Source: an uncultured Candidatus Saccharibacteria bacterium
GTDB lineage: Bacteria; Patescibacteriota; Dojkabacteria; J137
NCBI GenBank assembly: GCA_965230975.1
Contig: OZ246402.1
Location: 1,120,859 to 1,184,858 of the forward strand
DNA length: 64,000 bases
Direction: 5' to 3'
The position numbers were made by a program, and so were the translations under genes. This document shows positions 39,453 to 49,778 of this stretch, one piece after another (position 1 is the first letter of the stretch; the number at the start of each line of letters is the position of its first letter). The notes beneath the pieces are model-generated. The model saw nothing but the letters and a program-made list of their open reading frames with translations. It was not told the DNA's origin and did not search any database.

Positions 39453-40203
39453 ACAAGAAAATCAAATTTGGGTCTATTTAGTTGGAATAATAATAATTTT
39501 TGGGATAATCATCTTTTTAGGAAGAGATTTCTTTGTACCACTAATTTACAATAGAAAATCAGTTAATATTGACCAATCATTTAATACCGAGCCTGAATTT
39601 AAACTTACAGATAATACAAACTATCTTGCAAGACTTAATACAAACAAAGGTACAATTACAGTAGATTTGTTTGAAAGCAATGCCCCAAAAAATGTAAATA
39701 ACTTTATATATTTATCTTCTATGGGTTATTACACAAGAACAAAATTCCATAGAATGATACCTGATTTTCTAATTCAAGGTGGGGATAGAAATACTTTAAA
39801 CGATGACCTTACAGATGATGGGAAAGGTAGAACAGGATACTTTATAGAAGATGAAGTTAACTGGGATAGCTTAGGACTATCTCAAGAAAAACGAAATGAA
39901 CTAAGCAACTTAGGCTACAAATCCGCCCCAGTACTAGAATCTAAACCACTCGAGAGATTTTCAGTCGCTATGGCAAACAATGGCCCCGATACAAATAGCG
40001 CACAATTTTTTATAATAATTTCTACTGTTGATGATTCCAGATTAGATACCCTAAATGGTAAATTTACTGTGATTGGGAAAGTCGTATCCGGAGGAGAAGT
40101 TTTAGATCAAATTGCTAAGATTAGTGTAGTTAATATTGAAACAAACAACCCTACCCCATCAGAAGATATAATAATCGAGAGCATTGAAATCTACTCAAGA
40201 TAA
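39445..40203 (+). CDS. Membrane-anchored cyclophilin-type peptidyl-prolyl isomerase
   Basis: N-terminal TM, FHRMIPDFLIQGGD, AMANNGPDTNSAQFFI. Confidence 0.92.
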   Translation: MFKQENQIWVYLVGIIIIFGIIIFLGRDFFVPLIYNRKSVNIDQSFNTEPEFKLTDNTNYLARLNTNKGTITVDLFESNAPKNVNNFIYLSSMGYYTRTKFHRMIPDFLIQGGDRNTLNDDLTDDGKGRTGYFIEDEVNWDSLGLSQEKRNELSNLGYKSAPVLESKPLERFSVAMANNGPDTNSAQFFIIISTVDDSRLDTLNGKFTVIGKVVSGGEVLDQIAKISVVNIETNNPTPSEDIIIESIEIYSR

Positions 40204-40219
40204 ATTCAATCAGCTTATC

Positions 40220-40272
40220 TTTTTCAAATTGTGAGCCAATTTTTCAAATTGTGAGCCAATTTTTCAAATTGT
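40220..40272 (+). repeat. 20-bp tandem repeat, about 2.6 copies, upstream of comEA
   Basis: TTTTTCAAATTGTGAGCCAA twice plus TTTTTCAAATTGT. Confidence 0.9.
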
Positions 40273-40323
40273 AAGGATTTTGACAGAAACGTAATCTAAA
40301 ATAACAGAAGTTATATTATTATT

Positions 40324-40692
40324 ATGAAAAATGTCATAAAAAAAATGCCTTATGCCCTGTTTATTGGACTCTCTTTACTAACATTAGTACAAATACTAAT
40401 TATTTTTAAGGATACATACTCTGAGAGTAATTTAATAGAATTCACTGGACAAGCCCCTAAAGAAGTTAAAGATATAACTATGCAAAAACAAGAATCTGAA
40501 TCATTAAGTCTATTGAATATAAACAAAGCATCTGCAGCAGAAATACAAGAATTACCTGGAATTGGAGAAACTTATACAAAAAAAATTATAGATAATCGAC
40601 CATTCAATTCAATAGAAGATTTAGAAGTAAAAGCAGGGTTAAATGCTAACATACTTGAGCAAATCAAAGATCTTATAACTTATGATCTTTAA
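40324..40692 (+). CDS. comEA: ComEA-family DNA receptor (HhH)
   Basis: N-terminal TM, LNINKAS...LPGIGE...IIDNRPF. Confidence 0.9.
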   Translation: MKNVIKKMPYALFIGLSLLTLVQILIIFKDTYSESNLIEFTGQAPKEVKDITMQKQESESLSLLNINKASAAEIQELPGIGETYTKKIIDNRPFNSIEDLEVKAGLNANILEQIKDLITYDL

Positions 40693-42124
40693 CTACCTAA
40701 AGCTTAGATTTTATAGGCCTTTAAAAAAATATTTAGGAATTAAAATTAATTTTATATGCCTATCCTTGGTGATATCAATCCTAATAAACGTGAGTGATTG
40801 TGCTTTATTAATTGCATCAATTACTATACTAACAATTCTTATTTTAAAGTTAAAAATTTACTACCTACTAGTTTTTTTAATTTGTCTAATTTCTAGTAAT
40901 GTTTATATTCAATCTATCCCAACAGAGCCAACATTAATAGCAAAACCTTTTTACATAGCAACAGTCGTATCTGAACCCTTAATTAAAGATTACGAGCAAG
41001 AGATTACTTTGCAACTAGAAGGTAATGCTGGATTGAGCTATGCAAAAACAGATAAATATTCGGACATTGATATTGGCAACATACTGACAATAAGTGGCCG
41101 AATCAGCCCAATAGAGTCCGCAGGTAATCTTAGCGAGTTTGACTACAAAAGATTTTTACTCTCAAAAAAGATCACAAGTGAAATTAAAAATATAAAAATA
41201 ATTTCAATAGATAAAAACCCAAGTTTTATTACAAGTCTTTATAAACTCAAGTCAGAACTAAAAAGTAAAATAGAACAAACATTAGCAGAACCGGACAGTA
41301 GCCTACTAAGTGGTATATTATTTGGCGAAGATAGCAATTTGCCCCAAGAATTAGCCATCAATCTTAAAAATTCAGGTGTTTACCATATAATCTCTGTATC
41401 CGGATTCAATGTTGGAATAATATTTACACTTATTTATTCTATACTTTCAAAAATAATAAGTAGAAGACCAAGAATTATATTCTCACTTTTAATAGTATTT
41501 ATATTTACTCTATTTATCGGATTAGATAACTTACCTGTTTTAAGAGCAAGCCTAATGCTGTTTTTTATTTATTTAGCAAGTTATTTTGGCAGAAAAGTTA
41601 CCGCAATTAGCGCATTACTTTTATCTACAGCCTTATTATTAATTTACTATCCGTTTTATCTATTTAATTTAAGCTTTTTGTTAAGTACATTTGCAACTTT
41701 AGGAATTGTACTGCTTGGTAAACTTTATATAAACATTGCTACCTTAGATAGCTTAAAATCACTCCTAGAAGATTTAAAAACATCTTTATATGCTATTTTA
41801 AGTACCTCAATAATTACATTTCTTTCTTTTAAACAAGTTAACTTTTCAGGATTAATCACAAATATATTTGTATTACCATTTATACCATTACTAATGCTTA
41901 GTGGAATATTAATAATTATATTTAAATATTTGAATTTAGATTTATTTTTATACTTAATTAAACTAGCCACCACTACACTGTTAAATTTAATATATAAGGT
42001 AATAGATTTTATTTCTAACAATATCTATTTAGCATTTGATAATTTACAACCACTTTTTATATGCTTACTAATTATTATTTTTATAGACTATTTTAAGTTT
42101 AAAAAAGAATTTAATAAAAATTAG
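40682..42124 (+). CDS. comEC: ComEC/Rec2 competence channel (OB plus competence domains)
   Basis: LLSGILFG, GVYHIISVSGFNV, VLRA, SFLLS; multi-TM. Confidence 0.9.
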   Translation: MIFNYLKLRFYRPLKKYLGIKINFICLSLVISILINVSDCALLIASITILTILILKLKIYYLLVFLICLISSNVYIQSIPTEPTLIAKPFYIATVVSEPLIKDYEQEITLQLEGNAGLSYAKTDKYSDIDIGNILTISGRISPIESAGNLSEFDYKRFLLSKKITSEIKNIKIISIDKNPSFITSLYKLKSELKSKIEQTLAEPDSSLLSGILFGEDSNLPQELAINLKNSGVYHIISVSGFNVGIIFTLIYSILSKIISRRPRIIFSLLIVFIFTLFIGLDNLPVLRASLMLFFIYLASYFGRKVTAISALLLSTALLLIYYPFYLFNLSFLLSTFATLGIVLLGKLYINIATLDSLKSLLEDLKTSLYAILSTSIITFLSFKQVNFSGLITNIFVLPFIPLLMLSGILIIIFKYLNLDLFLYLIKLATTTLLNLIYKVIDFISNNIYLAFDNLQPLFICLLIIIFIDYFKFKKEFNKN

Positions 42125-42131
42125 CTTTCTT

Positions 42132-42974
42132 TTGGTCATACTAAATATTGGCTTATTTTCAGAAATTTTGAAGATAAATTTAATACAAAAAGATCAAATC
42201 ATATTTTTGAATGTTGGACAGGGAGATTCAATATTATTAACTTCAGAAAGAGCAATTGGACTAATAGATCTAGGCCCCGGCAACGTTGTTGTAGAAAGAT
42301 TAAACCAATACGTACCCAAATCTACAACTAACATTGAGTTTGTAATACTGACTCACTTTGATAAAGACCATATAGAAGGCTTTTTGAGGCTTTCAAAATT
42401 ATATTTTATTAAAAACTTATTTATCTCTTACTCTAAAAAAGAAAATTCTTTAATTTCTGAGATTAAAAATACTATTCTAGAAAAAAACATAAAGACATAT
42501 TATATCGATTCAATAAACGATTTTAAATTCGGGAATTTCAATATTAATATTTTGTGGCCATTAAATTTAAACAGTGTAAAAAATTACGATTCCAATGATT
42601 ATTCTATTGCAACAGAAATATATTTAGACAAGTGCAATTTATATTCTGCAGGAGACTTATCGTCCAGCTTTGAGACACTTAGTCTAGAAAACTCCACGGA
42701 CAAAGATTATGAAGTATTAAAACTAGGACATCATGGTAGCAATACTTCAACCGATAAAGACCTAATAAAGAACGTATCTACAGATGTAGCAATTATCTCT
42801 TCTGGTGAAAATAATAAATATGGACACCCTCACATTGAAGTTTTGAACATACTAAAATCGAATAATATTAGTACATTTGAAACAAAAAATGGCGACATAA
42901 AACTATCTTTTAATGAAAGAAATAAAATAATATTTGAGCAAGATAACAAGCTTTCAAGGCTAAATTGTTTTTGA
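42132..42974 (+). CDS. ComEC-associated metallo-beta-lactamase-fold nuclease (separate ORF)
   Basis: NVGQGDS, LTHFDKDH, AGD, LKLGHHGS, NKYGHPH; start uncertain, frame open from 42087. Confidence 0.88.
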   Translation: MVILNIGLFSEILKINLIQKDQIIFLNVGQGDSILLTSERAIGLIDLGPGNVVVERLNQYVPKSTTNIEFVILTHFDKDHIEGFLRLSKLYFIKNLFISYSKKENSLISEIKNTILEKNIKTYYIDSINDFKFGNFNINILWPLNLNSVKNYDSNDYSIATEIYLDKCNLYSAGDLSSSFETLSLENSTDKDYEVLKLGHHGSNTSTDKDLIKNVSTDVAIISSGENNKYGHPHIEVLNILKSNNISTFETKNGDIKLSFNERNKIIFEQDNKLSRLNCF

Positions 42975-43062
42975 TTTGCAAAAGCTTTAAACAAACGATA
43001 TAATTTCGTGCTTTAAAGCCTACCTGTATTGGGTAAATTTTAGTATAATTAGCTACACAAAT

Positions 43063-43251
43063 ATGGCAAAGTCAAGTAAAAAGAACAAAACAAATGTTTA
43101 CAGATATTTCAGCACTGAAACTGGTGAGCACTATACAGTAAGGCTGTCAAAGAATGCTGTAGAGAAGTTAACTGGACAAACTATTAGCAAATATAGCAGA
43201 AAACTTAGAAAGCACTTGGATTTCAAACTTTCTAAGAAAGTTGGTAAATAA
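43063..43251 (+). CDS. rpmG: 50S ribosomal protein L33 (zinc-independent type)
   Basis: STETGEHY...KYSRKLRKH; position before tRNA-Trp-secE-nusG. Confidence 0.85.
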   Translation: MAKSSKKNKTNVYRYFSTETGEHYTVRLSKNAVEKLTGQTISKYSRKLRKHLDFKLSKKVGK

Positions 43252-43273
43252 TAGCGAGTTGCGAAGCTCATGA

Positions 43274-43345
43274 GCGAGTGTCGGTTAATTGGTAAACCAC
43301 TGGTCTCCAAAACCAGGACTCTCAGTTCGAGTCTGAGCGCTCGTG
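43274..43345 (+). tRNA. tRNA-Trp(CCA)
   Basis: Anticodon arm CTGGT-CTCCAAA-ACCAG, T arm CTCAG-TTCGAGT-CTGAG. Confidence 0.93.
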
Positions 43346-43358
43346 TTCTTATAAAAAT

Positions 43359-43547
43359 ATGAATATTTTAAAAAAACCATACAACTTTATAGTACAAACT
43401 CTAAATGAGTTAAAAAAAGTAGAATGGTTAAGCAAAAAACTTACTGTTAAATACACAATTTTAATAGTAAGCTGCTTAGTTATAGGTACTTTATTTATAC
43501 TTTTTGTAGATCAGATTTTTGTACAAATCAGATCACTAGTAATTTAA
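43359..43547 (+). CDS. secE: Preprotein translocase SecE
   Basis: ELKKVEW plus single TM; gene order. Confidence 0.92.
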   Translation: MNILKKPYNFIVQTLNELKKVEWLSKKLTVKYTILIVSCLVIGTLFILFVDQIFVQIRSLVI

Positions 43548-43571
43548 ATTGCAATTTTTAATTCTAAAATA

Positions 43572-44162
43572 ATGGCTAAGAAAAAAGAGGCAGTAACAGA
43601 ACAAACTAGCGAAGTTGTTGAAGTCAAAAAGGAGAATGATAAGGCAAGGTGGTACGTAATTAGCTCAAACTCTAATCAAGAGAAGAAAACTGCAAGAATG
43701 ATAGATCAAACAGTAAAAGCAAACAATCTAGACCATTTAGTAATAGATGTCGTTGTTCCAACTCAAGAAAAAATTGTAATGAAAAACGGTAAAAAGAAAA
43801 CCTTGGTTGAAGTAATTCACAAAGGTTATGTTTATGTAAAAATGGAGCCAACCGAAGAAGTTATCCATTTAATAAGAAACACAGAAGGCGTTAGAGGCTT
43901 TCTAGGAATGACAGCACAATCTAAAAATCCAACACCATTATCAGAAAAGGATTTAAACTTTATAGAAATTAAAAAACAAACAACATTTAAAACCAGCTTT
44001 GAAGTTGGAGATGTTGTTAAAGTTGTTTCAGGCACTTGGGCAGATTTTAGAGGTCCAATTAAAGAAGTAAATGAAGCTAAGGGACAAGTTGTAGTACTCT
44101 TCTCTCTTTTTGGAAGAGATACACCTGTTACATTAGATTTCTTAGAAGTACAAAAAATATAA
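43572..44162 (+). CDS. nusG: Transcription factor NusG
   Basis: WYVI, GYVYV, GVRGF, KOW, LFGRDTPV. Confidence 0.95.
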   Translation: MAKKKEAVTEQTSEVVEVKKENDKARWYVISSNSNQEKKTARMIDQTVKANNLDHLVIDVVVPTQEKIVMKNGKKKTLVEVIHKGYVYVKMEPTEEVIHLIRNTEGVRGFLGMTAQSKNPTPLSEKDLNFIEIKKQTTFKTSFEVGDVVKVVSGTWADFRGPIKEVNEAKGQVVVLFSLFGRDTPVTLDFLEVQKI

Positions 44163-44187
44163 TTTATTTGAAGAAAAGATAAATAAC

Positions 44188-44613
44188 ATGGCAAAAGAGA
44201 TAACAAATGTATTCAAACTACAAATTCAAGCTGGTAAAGCAAATCCAGCACCTCCAATTGGACCTATCTTAGGTCAAAATGGAATTAATATTCAACAATT
44301 CTGCCAAGAATTTAATGCAAAAACAGCTGCTATGGGTAATGACGAAATCCCTGTAGTTGTAACTGTCTTTAAAGATAGAAGCTTTAAAATGGTTTTAAAG
44401 CAACCAACAGTGGCAGGAATGATTAAGAAGAAATTCAGAATAGAAAAAGGATCTGCAACCCCAAATAAAGATAAAGTAGCAAAAATTAAAAGAAAAGATT
44501 TGCAAGAGATTGCAGAAAAAAAATTACCTGATTTAAATACTAAAAAACTAGACTCTGCTCTTAAAATTGTAGAAGGTACTGCAAAAAGCTTAGGGGCTGA
44601 AGTTATAGATTAA
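44188..44613 (+). CDS. rplK: 50S ribosomal protein L11
   Basis: AGKANPAPPIGP, FCQEFN, GTAKSLG. Confidence 0.97.
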   Translation: MAKEITNVFKLQIQAGKANPAPPIGPILGQNGINIQQFCQEFNAKTAAMGNDEIPVVVTVFKDRSFKMVLKQPTVAGMIKKKFRIEKGSATPNKDKVAKIKRKDLQEIAEKKLPDLNTKKLDSALKIVEGTAKSLGAEVID

Positions 44614-44641
44614 TTAATTAAAGCCAATTGAAATAAAAAAT

Positions 44642-45304
44642 ATGGATAAGAACGAGACAAAAACACTAACAGAATCTATTGAATTTGTTAAATCAAATTC
44701 TAAGAGCAAGTTTGTAGGATCTGTAAATTTAGACATCCTTTTAAATCTTAAAGATAAAAAGGAAGTGGTGAGAGGGAGCGTTACTTTTCCATACTCACTA
44801 GGAGATGAAAAAAAAGTTATAGTTTTTGCAGATGAAAAAGATGCAAAAGTAGCCTTAGCAGCAGGTGCTGATAAGGCAGGATTAGATGATTTACTTGAAG
44901 AGGTTTTAGGTGGATACACTGATTTTGATGTTGTTATATCAACTCAAAGTGCAATGCCAAAGATAGTAAGAGCAGCTAAGATTTTGGGTCCTAAAGGATT
45001 AATGCCAAACCCTAAAAACGGAACAGTTGTACCTGCTACAGATATTGAAAAAGCAGTAAAGAGTTTTAAAGCAGGAAAAATAAACTTTAAAAGTATTCAA
45101 GATCAAGGTGCTATTAAGTTAAAAGTTGGGAAGGTAGATATGCCTACAGAAAACTTAACTGCTAACATTTTAGAAGTTCTAAAATCAATAATGGCAGAAA
45201 CAAAAAAGTCTGGTTCTGCAATATTTAAGAAAGTAGTATTGAGCCCTACTATGGGTGCTAGCGTAAAGGTAGATGTAAGTGATATAATGCAAAACATTAA
45301 GTAA
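44642..45304 (+). CDS. rplA: 50S ribosomal protein L1
   Basis: LGPKGLMPNPKNGTV, SPTMG. Confidence 0.96.
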   Translation: MDKNETKTLTESIEFVKSNSKSKFVGSVNLDILLNLKDKKEVVRGSVTFPYSLGDEKKVIVFADEKDAKVALAAGADKAGLDDLLEEVLGGYTDFDVVISTQSAMPKIVRAAKILGPKGLMPNPKNGTVVPATDIEKAVKSFKAGKINFKSIQDQGAIKLKVGKVDMPTENLTANILEVLKSIMAETKKSGSAIFKKVVLSPTMGASVKVDVSDIMQNIK

Positions 45305-45313
45305 TTTAAAAAA

Positions 45314-45463
45314 GTCAAAGACAGCAGGTTTTCTAGCAATCTTGAAAATAAATTTCCTGCCGAGACGCAATAAACTTATACTTAATTATTGATATTTAGA
45401 GTAATACTCTATTTTATTAGTAATTAGGTATAACATAAGGCGCCTTGGGCGTCTTTTTTTGAC
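45314..45463 (+). promoter_or_regulatory. L10 leader (rplJL autoregulatory RNA)
   Basis: GTCAAAGACAGCAGG...TAAATTTCCTGCCGAGAC...GTCTTTTTTTGAC matches the L10-leader pattern upstream of rplJ. Confidence 0.8.
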
Positions 45464-45529
45464 CTTATTAAAGCAAAGAATCCTTTAAAAAGGAAACCGT
45501 GAAAGCGGAATATATTTTATTTAAACAAA

Positions 45530-46066
45530 ATGGCAAAAACTAAAGCACAAAAAAAGCAATTAGTTGATAAATACAAAACAAAATTGCAAAACGCTAAGGG
45601 AGTGATTGTCGTAAGACCATCAAAACTAACACCTAACGAAACAAATGACTTTAGAAGAGACCTTTATGATGTTAATGCAGACTTTAACATTGTAAAGAAT
45701 TCCATTTTCAAAATTGCATTAAAAGATCTTGAGTTACCAGAGTTAGAATCTTTGGCAACTGGAGAGCATGCAGTTTTATTCATGGGAGAAGACATTGTTT
45801 CTGCATCAAAAGCTTTAAAAAAGTTTACAGATGCAACAAAAAGCAAAGATGGAGACCTTAAGGTTGACATTATTGCTGGAATCTTAGATGGCCAATTGCT
45901 ATCAAAAGAACAGGCAGCAGAAATTGCAGAAATGCCAGACAAGAAAGGAAGCGTTGCTATGATCTTAGGTATCTTAGATCAAGCTATGTCTGGAGTGGTT
46001 AATGTATTGGAAGATGCTCCAAGAGCATACGTTTCAATTATTGATCAAGCTTTCAAAAGTGAGTAA
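45530..46066 (+). CDS. rplJ: 50S ribosomal protein L10
   Basis: IVKNSIF, AGILDG; gene order. Confidence 0.93.
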   Translation: MAKTKAQKKQLVDKYKTKLQNAKGVIVVRPSKLTPNETNDFRRDLYDVNADFNIVKNSIFKIALKDLELPELESLATGEHAVLFMGEDIVSASKALKKFTDATKSKDGDLKVDIIAGILDGQLLSKEQAAEIAEMPDKKGSVAMILGILDQAMSGVVNVLEDAPRAYVSIIDQAFKSE

Positions 46067-46162
46067 TTAGCTTGTGGTTGCAAGTTAAAGTCTGTAGTAA
46101 TAACTACAAACAATAAACTTAAAACTACTAACTATTAAATTTTATTTATTAAAACAACAAAA

Positions 46163-46555
46163 ATGGCAAGCGATAAAGTACAAAAAATTGTTGATAGCAT
46201 TAAAGAGCTTACTGTTGTTGAAGCTTTTGATTTAAAAAAAGCTTTAGAAGAAGCATTTGATGTTAAAGCATCTGCTCCAATGGCTATGATGGCAATGCCA
46301 GCAGCAGGAGCCGCAGCAGAACCAGTAGAAGAGAAAACAGAATTTGATGTTATCTTAACTGATGCTGGAGCAAACAAGATTGGCGTAATCAAAGTTGTTA
46401 AGAATATTACAGGCTTAGGCTTAAAAGAAGCTAAAGACCTAGTAGATTCTGTAGCAAGTGGTGCTAAACCAATTAAAGAAGCTGCTAAGAAAGAAGAAGC
46501 TGAAGATATCAAAAAACAAATCGAAGCTGAAGGTGGAAAAGTTGAGGTTAAATAA
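46163..46555 (+). CDS. rplL: 50S ribosomal protein L7/L12
   Basis: [25 protein letters not shown]. Confidence 0.97.
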   Translation: MASDKVQKIVDSIKELTVVEAFDLKKALEEAFDVKASAPMAMMAMPAAGAAAEPVEEKTEFDVILTDAGANKIGVIKVVKNITGLGLKEAKDLVDSVASGAKPIKEAAKKEEAEDIKKQIEAEGGKVEVK

Positions 46556-46587
46556 TCTCAACTTTAGCTAACTTAGCTAAGTTATAC

Positions 46588-46632
46588 AAGCCCCTGAAAA
46601 TCTAGATTTAATTTAGGTTTCAGGGGCTTTTT
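46588..46632 (+). terminator. Intrinsic terminator of rplL
   Basis: AAGCCCCTGAAA...TTTCAGGGGCTTTTT. Confidence 0.85.
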
Positions 46633-46744
46633 AGACCAAAAAATGCTATAATGCATGTAGGGTTTTAGCTTAAATTTATATTATCAGTTAAGGGTTTCTC
46701 AAAAAAGCTAGGACAAAAAACTACTAATTTTAACAGTCAAAAAA

Positions 46745-47482
46745 ATGGACATTATTTTTAATTTTTTAATAGAATACGGAGTAAAGTATTCCGATATAAT
46801 CATACTTCAAAGGTTATTCTTAATACTTTTATTAATTCCTATAGTTGCAACTATTATTGGCATTGCCAGATATGTAATAGGTTTAAGAAGTATAAACTTC
46901 TACTCTCCTCTATTTGCAAGTTTTGTATTTTTTGATATAGCAAATAATAGCGGGTCTGAAGTTAACTTTATTACCGGGCTTAAATATGGTTTATTGTTTT
47001 ATGTATGCATCTTTATAACATCTACATTGTTCTATAAATTATTGAAAAAACTAAGAATGCATTATATTCCAAAGCTTTCATTAATCATTACAGCAACATC
47101 TATTACTATGATGATTGTAATTACCCTAATGGTATTGTTAGAAAGAACACTCCCTCTATCATTTGCACCTTTCTTATTTATTGCGCTTATTGTAAGTTCA
47201 GAAGGATTTATGGCAGTTTATGCAAAAAAGAATTTTAAATACACTGCAAGATTAGCATTTGAAACACTATTAATTACACTAATTTCATATGCTGTTATAT
47301 CTATTAACGCTATTCAGTATTTTGTTTTAAATAATCCATGGTCAATATTACTTCTAATAGTAATTAACCTTTATGTTGGGAGATTTTTAGGATTAAGATT
47401 GACTGAATATTTTAGATTTCGAACTATTCTACTTAACAAAGATTTAGTTGATGAACACAATAAGTCTAATACTAAAAAATAG
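46745..47482 (+). CDS. 7TM protein of the family associated with inactive transglutaminases and ATP-grasp ligases
   Basis: LLLIPIVAT...RYVIGL, MHYIPKL, GRFLGLRLTEYFRF; seven hydrophobic helices. Confidence 0.85.
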   Translation: MDIIFNFLIEYGVKYSDIIILQRLFLILLLIPIVATIIGIARYVIGLRSINFYSPLFASFVFFDIANNSGSEVNFITGLKYGLLFYVCIFITSTLFYKLLKKLRMHYIPKLSLIITATSITMMIVITLMVLLERTLPLSFAPFLFIALIVSSEGFMAVYAKKNFKYTARLAFETLLITLISYAVISINAIQYFVLNNPWSILLLIVINLYVGRFLGLRLTEYFRFRTILLNKDLVDEHNKSNTKK

Positions 47483-48872
47483 AAAGCTTGTTTTAGGTAG
47501 AAATGAGCGTCAGTTAATATTCATAAAAAAGAATAATCTTAAGCCTGCAAAAAAAATTGCAGATAATAAAGTTTTAACAAAAAAAGTTCTTAGCAAAGCT
47601 GGCATCCCAGTACCAAAAAAGATTAAAGTTATTAGGTCTAAAGAAGATTTAGAGGTTTTTGATTTCAATTCTTTACCAAAGAGCTTTGTTGTTAAACCGG
47701 TAAGAGGTACTCGTGGAGGTGGTATTGAAATTTTTTATAATAAAGCTAAAAACGGTAGTTTTGTAAGGGCAGATAGAACTAGAATGAGTGTGCAAGATTT
47801 AAAATCTCACTGCCAAGATATTATAGATGGTAAATACTCTCTTTTTAATGAGCCAGATATTATTTTGATAGAAGAACGGGTACAAAATCATAAAAATTTT
47901 AAAAACTACACTTATAAAGGAACTCCCGATATTAGAATTATTGTATACAACAAAATTCCCATAATGTCTTATATTAGAATCCCTACAAGACAATCTGAGG
48001 GTAAGGCAAATTTAGACTTGGGAGCTATAGGTGTTGGGATTGATATTGCTGTTGGAAAAACTACAACTGCTATTATTGGAAAGTCTACCCCGATTGACAG
48101 TGTTCCAGATACAAAACTATCTTTATCTGGTTTGAAAATCCCATATTGGGATAAGATTTTAAGGTATGCAATTGAGGCAAGTGTAGCTACAAAATTGGGG
48201 TTTGCTGCTGTAGATTTTTTGATAGATAAAGAAAAGGGGCCTATGATTGTAGAACTAAATGCTAGACCCGGGCTTTCTATTCAAATTGCAAATCATGATG
48301 GTTTAAGGTGGAGATTAAAAAAAGCCAAGGGTTTAAAGGTTAAGAGTGTTGAACATGGTATTAGATTAGGCAAAAATTTATTTGGCGGAGAAATTGAAGA
48401 AGAGGTTGAAGAAATTACAGGAAAACAGGTGATAGGCCTTGTTGAGAAGGTAAAATTAATAGGCAAAAATGGAGCTGAGATCGAGGTAGAAGCTAAGATT
48501 GACACTGGAGCAGGTATGACTTCAATTGATGAGTCATTGGCGGTAGAATTAGGTTATAATAATGCAATTGAGTATTCTAAAAATATTCTTTCAGAGGCTC
48601 CTACTTTTACATCTATTGAAGAAGCAAAAAAATATTCAGAAGCTAATAAATTAAATTTCACTTTAGAAAAACACGAGGATATTGTAGGAACAGCTATTAT
48701 TAAAGCATCGAATGGTATAGGATATAGAATAAGCGTACCAGTAAAACTAAATATTTCAGGGTTAGAGCTTGAATCTTATGGGAATATTGCTACAAGAGGC
48801 AATCTAGATTTTAAAATGATTATTGGAAGCAGAGATTTAAAGAAATTTTTAATTGATCCAAGTAAAAAATAA
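47451..48872 (+). CDS. Alpha-L-glutamate ligase-like ATP-grasp protein fused to a RimK-associated aspartyl protease domain
   Basis: LGRNER, DNKVLTK, FVVKP..G.RGGGI, DIRII, KANLDLGA, ELNARPGL.IQIAN; C-terminal AKIDTGA...MIIG. Confidence 0.88.
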   Translation: MNTISLILKNRKLVLGRNERQLIFIKKNNLKPAKKIADNKVLTKKVLSKAGIPVPKKIKVIRSKEDLEVFDFNSLPKSFVVKPVRGTRGGGIEIFYNKAKNGSFVRADRTRMSVQDLKSHCQDIIDGKYSLFNEPDIILIEERVQNHKNFKNYTYKGTPDIRIIVYNKIPIMSYIRIPTRQSEGKANLDLGAIGVGIDIAVGKTTTAIIGKSTPIDSVPDTKLSLSGLKIPYWDKILRYAIEASVATKLGFAAVDFLIDKEKGPMIVELNARPGLSIQIANHDGLRWRLKKAKGLKVKSVEHGIRLGKNLFGGEIEEEVEEITGKQVIGLVEKVKLIGKNGAEIEVEAKIDTGAGMTSIDESLAVELGYNNAIEYSKNILSEAPTFTSIEEAKKYSEANKLNFTLEKHEDIVGTAIIKASNGIGYRISVPVKLNISGLELESYGNIATRGNLDFKMIIGSRDLKKFLIDPSKK

Positions 48873-49774
48873 TGAAAAAAGTATTAATTACCTTCAAAAA
48901 AGAAGAAACAACTCCTAGACTCCAAGAATTAACAAATAGTATCAAAAAGTATCTAAATGAGGAGATCGAGATCGTTGCTTCTTACGGCTATAGTAATTTA
49001 GAGATTTACAGTGACCCACTAGCAGGGTTAAAGATAAAAATAAATGATCATGATATTTCAAAATTTGAAGTGGTATATATGTATACATTAAGCTCAGCTA
49101 ATTATGATATATCTTGTTTGATTGCACAGTTCTGCGAGTATAAAGGTATCAAATACATAAATTCTCGAGAAAAATTTAATTACCATGTTGGGAAAATATT
49201 GCAAAAAGTTCTATTAACTCTAAATAATATTCCAACCCCAAGGTTTTATTTTTCAAATAACCTTTCTACTCTGTCCTACGATTATCTTTCAAACTTAATT
49301 GGTGAAAGATTTATTTTAAAACAATCTAAAGCAAACTTAGGGAAAAAGGTTTTTTTGATAAATAACGAAGAGGAATTAATTACAAAATTGTCTAGTATAA
49401 AGCATAACGATGATAATGATGGTCTTTGGTTTATAGAAGAATTCATACCCCATAAGAATACCTATAGAGGTTTTGTAAGTGGCGAAGAGTGCAAAACACA
49501 AATACATGTATCAAAAGAAGTAGATTCATTTAAAACTAATCACGGTCAAGCTGTTTTTAGTCGAGAAGTCATTGCAGAAGTTAAAGAACTTGCCGTTAGG
49601 GCAGCTCAATTGCTTGAATTGCAGGTATCTGGGGTAGACATTGTTTTCGATGAAAATGATAAAAAATATAAAGTATTTGAAGTTAACAAATCACCTGGAA
49701 TTACTATTAAAGATACCTTAGAATCATTTGAAGCAGAAGACATTGCAAATTATATAAATAATCTTTTAAATTAA
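48872..49774 (+). CDS. RimK-like ATP-grasp ligase
   Basis: IPTP, ILKQSKANLGKKV, IEEFI, GVDI, FEVNKSPG. Confidence 0.8.
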   Translation: MKKVLITFKKEETTPRLQELTNSIKKYLNEEIEIVASYGYSNLEIYSDPLAGLKIKINDHDISKFEVVYMYTLSSANYDISCLIAQFCEYKGIKYINSREKFNYHVGKILQKVLLTLNNIPTPRFYFSNNLSTLSYDYLSNLIGERFILKQSKANLGKKVFLINNEEELITKLSSIKHNDDNDGLWFIEEFIPHKNTYRGFVSGEECKTQIHVSKEVDSFKTNHGQAVFSREVIAEVKELAVRAAQLLELQVSGVDIVFDENDKKYKVFEVNKSPGITIKDTLESFEAEDIANYINNLLN

Positions 49775-49778
49775 TATA

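Noticed and set aside
38613-40272. Short tandem repeats as CRISPR arrays
   Set aside because: Units abut with no spacers, there are under three copies, and no cas genes.
43274-43345. Alternative genetic code or archaeal-type tRNA-Trp
   Set aside because: Anticodon CCA, discriminator G73 (bacterial type), TGA ends genes, and ORFs are intact under the standard code.
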